Position numbers and translations under genes: made by a program. Positions 1-12,964 of a stretch of DNA of 64,000 nucleotides are shown here, piece after piece. Origin of the DNA: Lama glama. Taxonomy: Eukaryota. Position 1 is the first letter of the stretch. Each line of letters opens with the position of its first letter. A model generated the notes under the pieces. That model was not told where the DNA came from, did no database searches, and worked only from the letters and a program-made list of their open reading frames with translations. Where the stretch lies: positions 38,070,001 through 38,134,000 of the forward strand of contig CM052818.1 in the NCBI GenBank assembly GCA_028534125.1. The letters are read 5' to 3'.

Positions 1-169
1 TCCACTTGACAGGAAGTGGAGAGGGATCACAGTTTCCAAGTGAAGTAGAAATAGTAACTTTTGTGACTCGAGTAGGGAAGGAACTGGAACATGTTGATGG
101 GGATGTCATGGGGGACTGAGAAAGCATCTGTCTCTGGGGATTATCCTTTGACCCTCCCATTCCCCAGGT

Positions 170-435
170 GAGGACAGCTGCTTTTCCTCTGTGATCAACA
201 GAACCTTCTCACGTGCTCGTAACACCACTTAGTATATTGTACTTAACTTTGCCTGGATCTGTATCTGTCTCAATTTGTCTTCCCGCTTCCTCTACCCCAC
301 AAAAATCAGACTGAACAACTGGAGACAGTAACTGCCATTTTGATGTAGTTAATCTTTATAACCAAGCACTCAGCATATTGACTGGCTCACAGTAAGTGCT
401 CAACTAAAAGTGTATTGGGTTTCATTGAATGGAAT
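170..435 (+). mobile_element. L2 LINE 3' end, degenerate
   Basis: Ends in 'ctggctcacagtaagtgctcaactaaaagtgtattgggtttcattgaatggaat', resembling the L2 terminus (tggcacatagtaggtgctcaataaat...tgaatgaat). Confidence 0.6.
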
Positions 436-1017
436 CGGTAGGAAAGGAGACAAGGACAGAAGAAAATATCAATGTCCTTCAGGCAAAGTGAAAGTAGTTA
501 AGAAATTTCATGTCTGATGATCATTATTTTCTCAGTGTGATAGGAAGCAAAGTCATGTATTGTGATGGGGAGAAACATAAATTATGTTGATTTCTTTAGG
601 AAATCAGTAAAGGTTCGGACTTTTAAATTGCGGAGGAAAAAAGTCTAAAGTAGAAATAGGGTGGGACAGAGAAGGTATTTAAAATTGCAATTCATGTCTA
701 GATGAGAACAGAAAGCATTGTTGTAGAATAGAACATTTAGGGTTGGTTGTAGGACTTGCTGCCACAGAAGAAAGATGGTTTAATGACCTCAGATTGGGAA
801 TCTACCACACGCTTGAGGATGAAGAAGAAATGAGGATGCTGGAGAAAGAGTGAAATATCATGGATGGACAAGGCAGAAAGGCAAAGGAACGTGGAGTGAG
901 ATACTCCACTGGGAACCCGCAAGTGATTGACTCTAAAAAATGAAGGGGGTAAAAACCAAGTTCAGTAGCTAAAGCAGAAAGATAGACTTTTAAGACAATT
1001 CTAAAGGTAGGAACATG

Positions 1018-1135
1018 GGAGTCAAATAGACCTCAGTTCTAAGTCCAGCTCCACCACCACATATTAGCTGTGACCTGGCTTGAATTTACTCACCACTTAG
1101 AAACTTGATTTTCACACTAGAAAATAGGTATTGTC
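1018..1135 (+). mobile_element. MIR SINE fragment
   Basis: 'ggagtcaaatagacctcagttctaagtccagctccaccac...tagctgtgacct' matches the MIR core. Confidence 0.7.
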
Positions 1136-1354
1136 CCCTGGTTTGGAAACTGAGAAGTTTGCTGCTCTTTCAGCCCAGAGCTGAGAATCAAAGTATCCCA
1201 CAGACTAAGCTTAGAGAACCACCAGAAGTTGAGATCAGCCGCTCCAGGCAAGAGGTGCTCCTAATGGAGCTGAAGAGCACGGCAACTCCAGCGCTCAGTG
1301 ATGCTAGAAGGAAGGCGACCCACATTCTGGTGGGGAGAGGTGACCATGCCCTCC

Positions 1355-1650
1355 CATAGACACCCTCTGCTTCCCCATCAGATCTTCTCTCCACCCTTCT
1401 CACCCCATTCTAGACCCTGAAATTGTGACTTCTGTGAATTCCAACAGCAGGGCCTCTTGCCCTCTGACTTTTAGGTGGTTTCAGCCAACAGGAAACCAAA
1501 GGGCAACAAAGAGAGAGGTCAAGGTACTTATCCCCTGGTTGGCTTCCTGTTACATCATGAATTGCTAGCAACAATATTTCTAAAGACCAGAGTTCCTGCC
1601 AGGCAAAGCCTCTCGTAGTGACAACTCTCTTTACCCATCCTTGCGGGGTA
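1355..1650 (+). mobile_element. ERV-L LTR, LTR16-like, partial
   Basis: 'cagatcttctctccacccttctc...ctcttgccctctgactttt...cagccaacagg' resembles the LTR16A consensus. Confidence 0.65.
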
Positions 1651-4149
1651 AGAAAACTCTAATGAACAATGTTTAATCTTTCTTTTCTGATCAGTTGAGT
1701 ACCTTGCATATTTTAAAAGGTATCATTCCTCACTGCTTGAGGTACAAAAACCATAGAAAAGTTCATAGAAATTTAACTGACATGCTCAATATGTGTGTGA
1801 GGTGTGTGTGTCTGCATGTTGTAGTGCTGTGTTGAACTAAATCGTGAATTTTTGCTGGATTTTTGCTGAAACTTTCTCTTCATCTTAAGAAGGAAATATA
1901 GCTAAAAACAAAAGTTAAACCACTAACTTGAAACAGGTTTCCTTATTTTCAAGTTAACTGAAGTTGACTAAAATACATCTGCTGAAAAAGCAAAATAAGA
2001 CATTTCTCATGAAAGTTTTGCCGAACAAAAAGTACAGGATTTACAAATAATGCCTAGGAAAAAAAAAACAACCTGTAGGACCTCGAGAATATAAAGTATT
2101 AAGTTTTCCTGGATTCTGGGACACACTTTAGAGAAAAGGAAAAATCCTCTTGCTCGTGAGCTACTGTGGATACCACTGTGTGTACCTTACAGTAAGATCA
2201 GCACTGCAGATGGAGCCAGCTCTACCTGACGCCACCTTTGTTCAAAGTGCACCTGGGGAAACTGGGCCCAGCCAGCCCTTTGCAGCTCACCTCACAGAGG
2301 TCATGATGTGTGGTGCTGGGAGACACATAGAAAACCTAAAAATAAAATCTGCCACCTTTGAGTATTCCTGCCTATTCACTTTCACACAGGTTAGTTTCTC
2401 ACTGCTCTCTGCTTACTCAGGATGACGATGCCAGAGCAGTCATTAGTTAGTTATTAATAGAAAGCATTTTTAAAATTCATTACAAGTATCAAATATTCAT
2501 CAGATCTACACAGAAAGCCAGGTTCCTCCCTGAGAGTAGACCATGTTTCCGTTAGAGTTTGCTCAAATTTTCTTGGAAAGACTGTATATACAAATTATGA
2601 TTATTTTTATTAAAACAATCTGATGATAATATTTTCCTAATTATGTACCATATTTATGTGAAAGAGACAGCCTTAGATGATCTCTAAGGGCTCAAGTCCA
2701 CCCCTACCCAACCACACACACAAATCACATCAAAGAGTGGGTGACGCATTTTTATAGCAAATGACCATCCCAGTGCTTTTAACGAACCAGGTTTCAGGAC
2801 TTCCTGAGAGAGAGGTTCAAAACCAGAATCGGATTCATGGAGCCGTGGAGGGAAATACAGCCAAAACACAAAGATGAAGACTGCTCCAGAGTCAGGGGCA
2901 GTGCTGGGGCAACTTCAAACCCAGAATTAATAGAATCAAAGAGGGGGTTTCAGAAGATCAGGGTCCTTAAGCTGATGATCTGGAGAAGTCCACAGAACAG
3001 CTGAGCCCAGTGGCCCTTGCTGGCATGGGTGCAGCAGAGCGAAGCGGAGGAATGTTCATCTCTACTGAGCCAAGTGCAACGGCGCTGCAGGAGCAGGGCA
3101 TGGCCCTGGTAGCTCCCAATCTCCAGAGAGATGCTGGCACACCCAGGATTTGAGTAACTTCAGCTCTTCACCTTTGGCAAGTCCCTCCTTCCCATGGAAT
3201 TACTGAAGGCAGACTAGGTTGCACGAAGTCATTATTCACTCCATGGCAAAGTGAGAATCATAAAAGCAAAGGTGAGAAAGCCACCAAGATTGCCATACAC
3301 GTGACAAACGGCATCACCTAAATTCACCAGCAGTTTAATGCCCGAAGTAATGAGTGAGACAGAGAGAAGCTGTATTTCCTACCTTGTAAGAGTAAACATT
3401 TTATTAAAGAAAAACTTTCAGGGAATCGTTCTTGTTTGAATAGTTAAAAAATAAAAAGTACACATACCAGAACCTCCATGTTGATACACCTTGATACTAA
3501 GCAAGCATTAAATCCTATTAAAATGAAGATTTGCATCAATAGTTCACGTTAGTTATTGTGGTGTAATGTAACAATGCGTTCCCTTGTATTTTGACTCTGT
3601 AAGTTGGCTGATTACTTATTCTCCATAAACTATTTTGTAGATACTAGAAACTGTACACACAAGAAATGTTCACAAGCAAAGCATTTGGCCCAAAGATTAG
3701 GGAAGTCAACCTTTATTTTAAAGGTTGGATCAATTTTTAAAGGACAAAATGAATCAATGGAAATCATATAAATAACATCACACTTCCAAACAAGTTTTTT
3801 TTTTCATTTTAATGGTCATTGACATCACTGCTACAGATTGTGCAAATTTGAGTATTTTTAGTCACGCACATAATACAACACAGAATAACTAAAAATTGGT
3901 AATGTTTTGGCGATCCGTTGCTCTAAGTGTACAAATTGAAAGCAATATTCACTGGCTGAGTTTTGAGAATCCCTGACACTCAAATGGGATGGATGTTGGG
4001 GTACACTGTATATGACTGTCAAAATCAGAGTCACAGCACGCAGGCTGAGCAGAATACATATAGATGGGAAGAAAATTACTTCCTGGGAAGATAAAGCCAA
4101 GGGATTCTCCTGGACTCTTTTAATTCTGAATAAAAGGGGAAACAGATGG

Positions 4150-5283
4150 AAAGTCTGGCAGTAGCATTAAAAGACAATGGAGAAGAGAGCTAAAAATTCC
4201 AGCTAGAGACAACAGGGACTAGAACAAGAAAACATCAGCAAATAATTGGAAAAAAATACAAATCAAAGTACAAATTCAAAGGGCAAACAGAATTTTTAGA
4301 AAAGATCATATGTAGATAATTCAATGTCTGAAAATGATGGTTTAGAGAAAGACATGCCAAACAAAGAATAAGGTGGCAAAAGATGGTATGATAGAGTTAA
4401 AATAAGATTAAATGGGTAAGAAAGGCTGTAAACCAGACAAAGTGAAACATACAAATTGATCCACCCCAAAAGCTATATATGCTATTCTAAAATAATTTTC
4501 ACATGGCTATATGGCTTTGAAATATTTCAAACAAATCTCATAAAAAAATACAAGAAAAAATTGAAAAATCCATAACTGTTGTGGGAGAATTTAATGCCAT
4601 CTCCCTATATTGGACAAAACAAATAGATAAATAAAAGTAAACAAGGGTATCAAGGATTAAATAGAACAATAGCCTTGCAAATCAAAGGTCCTACCAAGCA
4701 AAATAAACCACTCTACCCTGCAAATAGAAATAGATAAATAAATAAATATTCTTTCAAATGCACATGAAATATACACCCACACGTGATGGTTGTGAAAAGG
4801 AGCTCAATAAATTACAACCGTATTCTCTTAACTATAATACAGCAAAAAAGGAGAAATTAAGCATAAATTAGACTACCCATAGAATCTATTAACTTGCAAA
4901 GTTTTGCACTGTCTTCTAAACAACTATTAGGTTGCAAAGGCAATCTAAACGGCAGTCTGTCTGGGAAGGGAGAGCTTGACAACAGTATTTACAAAGCATC
5001 TTATGTAAGAAGGAGAAAAATCCCAGTCCATATTAGAGAACGAATCTGGAGACACTGGTGTGGCTTATGGAAAGCTAAATCCCTTCCACCCTAACCTTCC
5101 ATCAGACCACCTCCAAAAAACTCCACAAAAACAAAACCAAAACAAACAAACAAACAAAACACAGTAATAAAGTAATCTGTAGTGACCAGCTTCGGAGGAA
5201 GGTACATTCCCATGTACTAGTGATGGGACTTTGCATAGGTAAATATTCTTAAAGGGCCATTTTTTCAGTATCTATAATGATTT
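4150..5283 (+). mobile_element. Ancient L1 (L1ME/L1MD-type) ORF2 remnants
   Basis: A-rich plus strand; 'cataactgttgtgggagaatttaat' (~4571-4595) is a degenerate endonuclease I-x-V-G-D-F-N motif; no intact ORF. Confidence 0.6.
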
Positions 5284-5300
5284 AAAAGGTGCATACTTTT

Positions 5301-5942
5301 CAACTAGGAATAGACTTAACATATGACCCAGGAATCCCGCTCCTGGGCATATATCCAGAAGGAACCCTACTTCAAAATGACGCCTGCACCCCAATGTTCA
5401 TAGCAGCACTATTTACAATAGCCAAGACATGGAAACAGCCTAAATGTCCATCAACAGATGACTGGATAAAGAAGATGTGGTGTATTTATACAATGGAATA
5501 CTACTCAGCCATAAAAACCAACAACATAATGCCATTTGCAGCAATATGGATGCTCCTGGAGAATGTCATTCTAAATGAAGTAAGCCAGAAAGAGAAAGAA
5601 AAATACCATATGAGAACACTCATATGTGGTATCTAAAAAAAAAAAAAACCACAAAGCATAAATACAAAACAGAAATAGACTCATAGACATAGAATACAAA
5701 CTTGTGGTTACCAAGGGGATGGAGGATGGGAAGGGATAGATGGGATTTCAAAATTGTAGAATAGATAAACAAGATTACACGGTATAGCACAGGGAAATAT
5801 ACACAAGATATTATGGTAGCTCACAAACAAAAAAATGTGACAAAGAATATATATATGTTCATGTATAACTGAAAAATTGTGCTCTACACTGCAATTTGAC
5901 ACAACATTGTAAAATGATTATAAATCACTAAAAAATGTTAAA
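5301..5942 (+). mobile_element. Young 5'-truncated L1 (ORF2 C-terminus + 3'UTR) with 17-bp TSD
   Basis: ORF 5289-5636 translates to L1 ORF2 C-terminal sequence (CTPMFIAALFTIAKTWKQPKCPS...MEYYSAIK). A-rich tail. TSD aaaa(g/t)gtgcatactttt at 5284-5300 and 5943-5959, one mismatch. Confidence 0.93.
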
Positions 5943-5959
5943 AAAATGTGCATACTTTT

Positions 5960-6560
5960 TGATCTAACAATACTACTGCCAGAAAACTAACCTAAAGCAA
6001 TGCTCACAAGTACAAACATTACATAGTTTGGAACAATCTTTGCAGCATGAGTTGCACTAGAAAATAATAAGAAACAACTGTAATTCACTAGGGAATTCGC
6101 TGTACAAGTGACCTGTCGCCCTTATGAGCTATGAGGCGGCTGTTGTCCTATTTTGTTTATTTGCTACTTATTTAAGAATGAAGTATAACTACACCTTTCA
6201 ACATGGCAGTAAATCCAAGACATATTATTAAGTGACAATGTACAAGGTACATAATAATGCAGGTAATGTGAGCTCATTTACTTTGAAAAGTTGTGTATTT
6301 GTATTTGCAGACATATATATACATATATATGAAAAAAAATATGATGAAGTTACGATAGACATGTTTAAAGGCATACAAAAAACCCAGGACAGTATAAAGT
6401 GAAATCTTAAAATCTGTACTTCATGGCATGGGTAGAATTAAAGGGAGTCTTAGGGGGAAATTTCATCTCTTGATTCTGAATATTTAAGCAGTGCCTGGAT
6501 CTTAAAAAGTGAAAATATATTCACATATTATTTCTGAACAAAAATTAAAAAAATGATCAC
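5960..6560 (+). mobile_element. Ancient L1ME 3' portion, host of the young L1
   Basis: 'gatctaacaatactactgccagaaaactaacctaaag' continues the old L1 (gacccagcaattccacttctaggaatttatcctaaag); L1ME-like 3'UTR with TA-rich tract. Confidence 0.6.
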
Positions 6561-7084
6561 ACTATTTGGAAAATTTAGGAAATATAAAATAATTAAAAAA
6601 AAGAACAAAGTCACTCAAAATTCTACAGAATACGCCCATAGAAACCATACTGTCCCTTACACAGGCTGTCCTATTTGAAACTGTCCAGGCCCATCTCATG
6701 GTCTGTCCTGTTTGCGTAGAGTCACCCTCCTGTGTCGTGCCTTATGTCAGAGCCCTGGACAGTGACAACCGCTGCTCAAAATAATGAGGGTAATAGTCCC
6801 CAGGAGCACCGGGCATGGAAGAAACACCCAGTTTCTTCATTAGACTCCACTTAATAAAGTACAGAAGTGGATTAAGACATTTTGAAAGACTTTCTCTATG
6901 AAAGTTGATATGTACAGATTACAGTATTAGTATCCTCCTATGCTCAAAAAAAATCTTCAAAAATACCATTCAATTCTCTCCACTCCTGCATCAAACTTCT
7001 TCTTTCCTAAGTTTTACACTTAATAAATGGTTTGGCCAATTAAGTATTGATTCTCTTTCATTCAATAATGAATCTTCTGTTCTT

Positions 7085-7720
7085 CACATTCCACATTCAA
7101 TCAAACTGCCTGTCTACCCTTTGGAAATCTGGCTCGAGTTGATCCTTTTCTCACCACCTGGGCTGCACTCCCAGTCCAAGCCATGCTCCTCTCCCTGAAG
7201 ACGTCAGCCACCATCTCCCTACTCCCACTTTCCCCACCACAGCCTTCTCTTCACAAAGAACACACTGCTATGTTTTCAAATATTTAAAAATATAAATTAT
7301 ATAAGTTACTTCCTGGTCACAAATACATCTGCTCAGACAAGTAAAAATAAAAATCCATACTCCTTGCTACGACCTGCATGATTAAGTCCCTGCCTTACCC
7401 TCCCTTGTTTTCTCAGTTCTGTCCAAACAAAGTCATCTGGCTGTCCCTTCCTGAAACAGGCTTACTGTCCCTTAAGGCCTTGGTTCTTGCTGTTCTGCTG
7501 GGGAAGATGAGTTACCCTGACCGCCCTGTCTAGGAGGGCAGCCGCACCAGTGCCCCCGCCCTTAGTTTTCCTCACAGCGCATCACAGCCGATAGTAAGTC
7601 TATACCATGTGCTGAGTGCCGGTCTCCCTAACACGTAGGTTCCATCACATCAGGGACTTTATCTTGGTCACTCCTGCATCTCTTGTGTCAAACAGTGCCA
7701 GGCACGTATAACGTAATCCT
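7085..7720 (+). mobile_element. L2 LINE 3' region
   Basis: Pyrimidine-rich L2-like body ending 'cagggactttatcttggtcactcctgcatc...aacagtgccaggcacgta'. Confidence 0.65.
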
Positions 7721-7769
7721 GGCACGTGAAAACACGTATGCGTGGACAATTAAGACAGCAGAGCAGATG

Positions 7770-8050
7770 TGAGGGACTTGGTTAGGATGGGGTGGGCTGG
7801 GGCCATGGTCATGGTGGTGGAGACAGAGGGAAGCAGTCAAATGCAAGAGATATTTTGGAGGTAAAATCGTCAGATCTGCTGACAGACTAGAGAGAGAATT
7901 TGAGGAAAGGAAAGGTGTCAAGAATTGGTTATGAAAACTGGATAGATCACCGTGCCACTGGCTGAGACGGAGAACACTGAAACGTGCCCAGGTGAGGATG
8001 TGAGAGACACAGGGAGTCGAGGTTCCCGAGAAGTTCGGTTTGGCACATAC
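7770..8050 (-). mobile_element. L2 LINE fragment
   Basis: 'ggtggtggagacagagggaagcagtcaaatgcaagagatattttggaggtaaaatc' is typical antisense L2. Confidence 0.65.
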
Positions 8051-9234
8051 TGTGTGGGAGGGGACGCTGAAAACCACTTTCTGTCCCAGAGAGAAGCGCG
8101 TGCTCGGCTCAGGCTTGTTTTTCTGAGATCATCTCATTAAACTTCCTGGTGGGGGGCCTAGTATGACAAAGTCCACTCGAGCCTGTCTTTTCATCAGTCA
8201 GCTGTGTTGCTGTCACCTTCTACCTCGAGGTGGACACTTGGGAATCCTTCACTGGAATACGATAAAAGGTAACTCAGGTGTGACCTGGCTGCTGCCATGC
8301 GATTCAGGAAGTCGTATTCTGTTGCCCCAGTTTGAGAGTCTTTTTCTTTACTAGACCCGTTTAAAGTTTTATGCTTATTTAAAACTCTGCCTACCTTTAT
8401 TTCTGTCGTCCCATTTCATGCCTTCCAGGTGGGCATGTTGTGTTCTGGTTTTGCTATGCTTTTCCTTCCTCTGCCTTTCGCCACCTGGGCTATTTAAAAA
8501 AAAAAAAATTAACCTTTTATGGGAATTTGGGATGCAGACAATCTTACTGTAATTCCCCGAGTGACGACTTTCAGATTAAAAATCCCAGCTGAACCTACTT
8601 TATATAATTATCAAAATCAAGAATAAAACAATAACTCTGGGTCTCCTTCTAGGGAGGGTTAGGGGCTCAGTGTGTGGCATTTCATTTCTCCACTCATCGT
8701 GATCCACCCTCGCTATCTAGTCCCCTTGAGCGAGAAATGCTGAGGGCATCTCTGTGCCCTCCCTTCGTATGTGTTTCCCACCAACGTCTTCAATGAATTA
8801 CCAACTCCTGCCCATACTCCTTCCTACTGACCCCTACAATCTATCCTGTTGTCTCCTGTAACTACTTATCTCCCACTAGTCCACGTCCTTATTATTTTTT
8901 GTCTGTTTGTTTCAGTTTCATTTTTTTTTTCTGGTTTCCTCTCTAGAAAACTCTATTATTCACCAGCCAGCTATCTGCCCTCAGACCTATTTTCATACAC
9001 ATTTATTTCTGCTCTCTCCATATTCATTCCTGTGACCTTTTACTTTACATTCTGATTTTCATTATACAACACTGATTTAATTTTGTGCAGAAGAACTTCT
9101 GTAATTTATCATCTCCTATGAGGATTTTAATTCTGCTTCCCCACCCCGCCCCCAGTGTCTGTTAGCTTTTTTTTTTTTTAATTGTATCTCCATATTGCAC
9201 ACTGCTTAAGAACACTTGCTCTGGAGATAGTCTT

Positions 9235-9410
9235 GTTAGTTTGGTGGTAAAGAGTTCAGGTGTGTGTAATGTCTTGCAAAGAATTTACTCTTCAGTTAAT
9301 CTCATCTGTAAAATGAAATTTATAATAATATTGACCTCATGGAGTTATTGTGAGGATTAAATGTAACAAAATACAGAAAGTACTCAGAGTTGGGCACATT
9401 ATAATGTTGC
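9235..9410 (+). mobile_element. MIR SINE
   Basis: 'ctcatctgtaaaatgaaatttataataatattgacctcatggagttattgtgaggattaaatg' is the MIR core. Confidence 0.8.
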
Positions 9411-10399
9411 GGGAAGGAACATGCGTTCCCCACTGCTAATGTCTCCTTCCAGGTAGAGAAGCTCTTAACAGAGGAATGCTTCCATCCCTGCACTCCCACC
9501 CTCCTTTCCTCCCATCACATTACCTAAAGGATTGCTATGGGAGAGAGTCCCAGCCTCCTTTTCTCTCTTCCTTTTGGAACCTCCTGCCTACTTGAGAACA
9601 GCAGCATGGGTTCTTGCTTGCTACCAGCTAAACTTTAAAGTTTTTAATAAATGTGTTATTTTAGTTTCCTTACTGTTTTTTTCTTTTAATTGATTGGTTC
9701 AAACTCAGGTGGAAAAGAAGAGTGTTCTTCATTGGGCTGCCTTAAATTCCCAATATCTGGCTCATTAGGCTGGGGATCTTGATGGGAAAAAAAAAACTTG
9801 GAATGAATTATGGGAGATCAAGATAACATCTGAAGTTTGAGACTTATGACAAGGCCAAAGGGTTGGCTGTCAGTCTGGAAGGCCCTATACTAGGCAATGG
9901 CCACATGGGATTTTTTCATTTGTTATGATAATTATATATTTAATGCTTCTAAGAGGAAACTATGAATGCTTCTAAACTCTACAAGAGTTTGATGTTTCTA
10001 AGAGTGAACTGAGAGTTCCAAGATTAGAAGAAACTATTGTTTCATTTGAACATAACTCTACTGCCTATTCCATGTTCAAATATTTGTCATCTTTATTGTG
10101 TTGTTGACAGTTCTTGCTGACATTTGAATAACAATGACTAAAGACGGTATCTCTTACAGCATTCATTGCTTTCTTGTTTCTTGGACCCACCTAACTTAGA
10201 GAATTTCTCTGAGCTGGAGCTAATCATGGATGCTTTACACCTTGCTGACTTGCTGGGGAATAGCTTAACCCATGGAGAATGCCAGATGTTTGATGGAAAA
10301 GCCTCTGTAAAGTTGGTTTGCATGTAGCTAAACAATTTAGAAGGTTTAAGAAAAAAAAAGTAGTAGGATGTGATTTTAAGCTTTTCTTCTTTTTTGTTG

Positions 10400-10830
10400 T
10401 TGCAATTCACAACTATAAAATGTATTTTTTCAAAGTGTAAAAATCAGTGACCTTTAGCACAGTCACAAAGTTGTGCAGTCATTATTGCCATCTAATTTGA
10501 GAGTATCTCCATCACGCCAAAAACAGACCCCATGGCGGTTAGCAGTCCCCTCTGCCCCGAGCCCTGGCAACAACTGATCAACTTTCTACCCCTATGCGGT
10601 TGGCTCTTCTGGACACTTAATATAAATGGAATCATCTAATAAGTGGCCTTTTGTGTCTGGCTTCTTTCACTTAGTTTTAATATTTTTAAGGTTCATCCAT
10701 GTTACAGCATAAATCAGCATTTCATTTTTTTTATGGCTGAATAATATTCAAGTGTGTAGCTATACCACATATTGTCCATCGATTCATCAACTGATGGACA
10801 TTTGGGGGGATTTTAACCTTGTTGGTCACT
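10400..10830 (-). mobile_element. L1MB-type 3' end
   Basis: 'ccctggcaacaactgatcaactttct...tataaatggaatcat...tgtgtctggcttctttcacttag' is antisense L1MB 3'UTR. Confidence 0.85.
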
Positions 10831-12201
10831 GTAGCTTTTTGTCTGCAGGCAAATGACTATTTCTGCAGAAGTAAAGCTGTATATACCGGGCACTAAGCAC
10901 GGCAGGACTGTCCTCAGCAAACCTGAGCAGGATGCATAGGCTCGGGAAAGTCACAGGCACCCGGGAGGACATGAGGGCCAGCCAAGTGCTGAGAAGGCTG
11001 TCAGGACACTGGCCACACGAGGCACACCGAACCACCCTCAGCAGACACCGAAGGTCTCCTGCAGCCCCATGGGCCTTGAGACGCTTGACCCTGGACTACG
11101 TAAGTGCAATGGATCTGGCATTACAGCCTCATTTTCACACATTTGCTAGAGTTGATGAAAATAATAAAAACTGCTGCTTTTAAACGACAAGGCACCTGAG
11201 TTTTTCACGTGCTTCTGGACACTAGCAAGGTTCTGGATGAACATTGTTACAGTCGGAACTAGGTTGAGAGCACCAAACCAGCTGCCAAATTCCATTCTGC
11301 ACCCAGGGCCAAGGAAAGAGCCTTAGGGGAAACTTTTTGTCATTATTCCTAAGGTTCAAAAGTCATGCCCAATAGCTTGGTGATAAATTGGATCTGGGCT
11401 GGTTTAATGCACATGAGGGAGTTCCCCAGGAGACAACTCCTGTTTTCACAAACCAAATAAATATATACCAAGGGGCAGTGGAAAGAGAGTGGCACAGGAT
11501 TTTCAAAATTTAATTTCTTGTTCAGAACTTGATATTGAAAAGAATTATATTCAAATTTGGAGTATATCTACATAAGCACTTATTTTATTATTTACTTATT
11601 CATGTATTCTTCAGAGGCATTTTGGCGCCTTCCAAGGACAAAAATTTATATATTTTCCACCAGCAAACCCAGGAGAATACCTAAGAAGGTGTGCATGATA
11701 TTGGATGAGTGGCTTCATGACAGTATGACTATGGCTTTCCCAACAGCTGACCTCCTCTCACAAGAGAGATGGTTACACCCCTGGTTGTCTGCAGGCTTCG
11801 TGGGTGTTAGTGGAGAAACCTATCCTTCTGACACAGGCTTCCTTCCGTGCAGAGGACCACCCATAATTGTAACTGGCAACTTCAGTGACTCCTCTCCAAC
11901 GGGAGGAGGCACTTACCTTACTTAGGGGTTAGGAATAAGGAACTTGGCACGGCCATGCTAACGCTCTTCTTTTTGGAAGCCGCCTGCTTGAAAAGACCAC
12001 CTGTTCTTGATTATTCTCTACCATGCAATGATCTCAGGGGTAACAGGCCTCCCTGGATCCTGTGCTGTTGGCTAGGGAAGTCTGCCTAATTCTGAGACTC
12101 AGAATTATTAGTATTTGTATACCCTTGTCTGTAAAAGGAAGCGACACTCTCCATTATCAGATTTATCTGTAAGAAAGGTGGTATTTTGGCATTCTTTCTA
12201 G

Positions 12202-12220
12202 CTGTCTGTCTATCTGTGTA

Positions 12221-12253
<33 letters not shown>

Positions 12254-12277
12254 TATCTATCTATCATCTACTATCTA
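12202..12277. repeat. Compound (TCTG)n/(TCTA)n tetranucleotide microsatellite
   Basis: Directly visible. Confidence 0.9.
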
Positions 12278-12713
12278 ATTTAACAATTGTTTCCAACTTG
12301 GGTGGAGAGGAAGGGTGTTATTTGTTGGATCATCTTGAACTCTTGATAATAATCAAAGCAGACAGTGAGCATCGTTCTGGGTATCAGTCTTGCTGTTGCT
12401 GTCATTGCTGGCGTTGTCATCATCATCATTGCTGTCTCAGCTGGATCCCTCCATCTCAGTCTGTTTCCTTTTCACTTTAGCAGGTTTGGTTCTTACAAAG
12501 TCATGCTTAGGTTTCAGAAAATCCTTGTACATTTCCTATATATTCCCATATATTAATTTCAAGAATAATAGTTTACAGAATGTTTTTTTCTTGTTTTTAC
12601 AGTAATCTATACCAATGATACTCTTTTTCTTCTGAGTCCTCATGGTGTTATTTTCAATTGGACTGTGTGTATATATACAACGCGTGTGTGTGTGTGTGTG
12701 TATACATATGTAT

Positions 12714-12922
12714 AAGTAGAACGGTTGTTGCCAGGGGTTGGGGGGAGGCGTTTATAGAGGTTGCTGTTTAATGCATATAGAGTTTCAGTTTTGTAAGATG
12801 AAAGGAGTTCTGGAGAATGATGGTGGTGATGGTTAAACAATATGAATGTACTTAATACCACTGAACTGTACACTTAACAATGGTTATGATGTTAAATTTT
12901 TATAGTACAAGTATTTTACCAT
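12714..12922 (+). mobile_element. L1MB 3'-terminal fragment
   Basis: 'agtagaacggttgttgccagggg...gagtttcagttttgtaagatgaaaggagttctggag...aatgtacttaataccactgaactgtacacttaa'. Confidence 0.85.
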
Positions 12923-12964
12923 GATATATAGTGTGCATATGTATGTATGGGATATATATATGTA

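Noticed and set aside
5289..5636. 115-aa ORF with a protein-like sequence
   Set aside because: It is the C-terminus of L1 ORF2 in a 5'-truncated copy, not a host gene.
12298..12605. ORFs with signal-peptide or transmembrane-like hydrophobic runs
   Set aside because: Produced by low-complexity (TGC/TGT/CAT)n sequence; all three frames are open and no homology is recognised.
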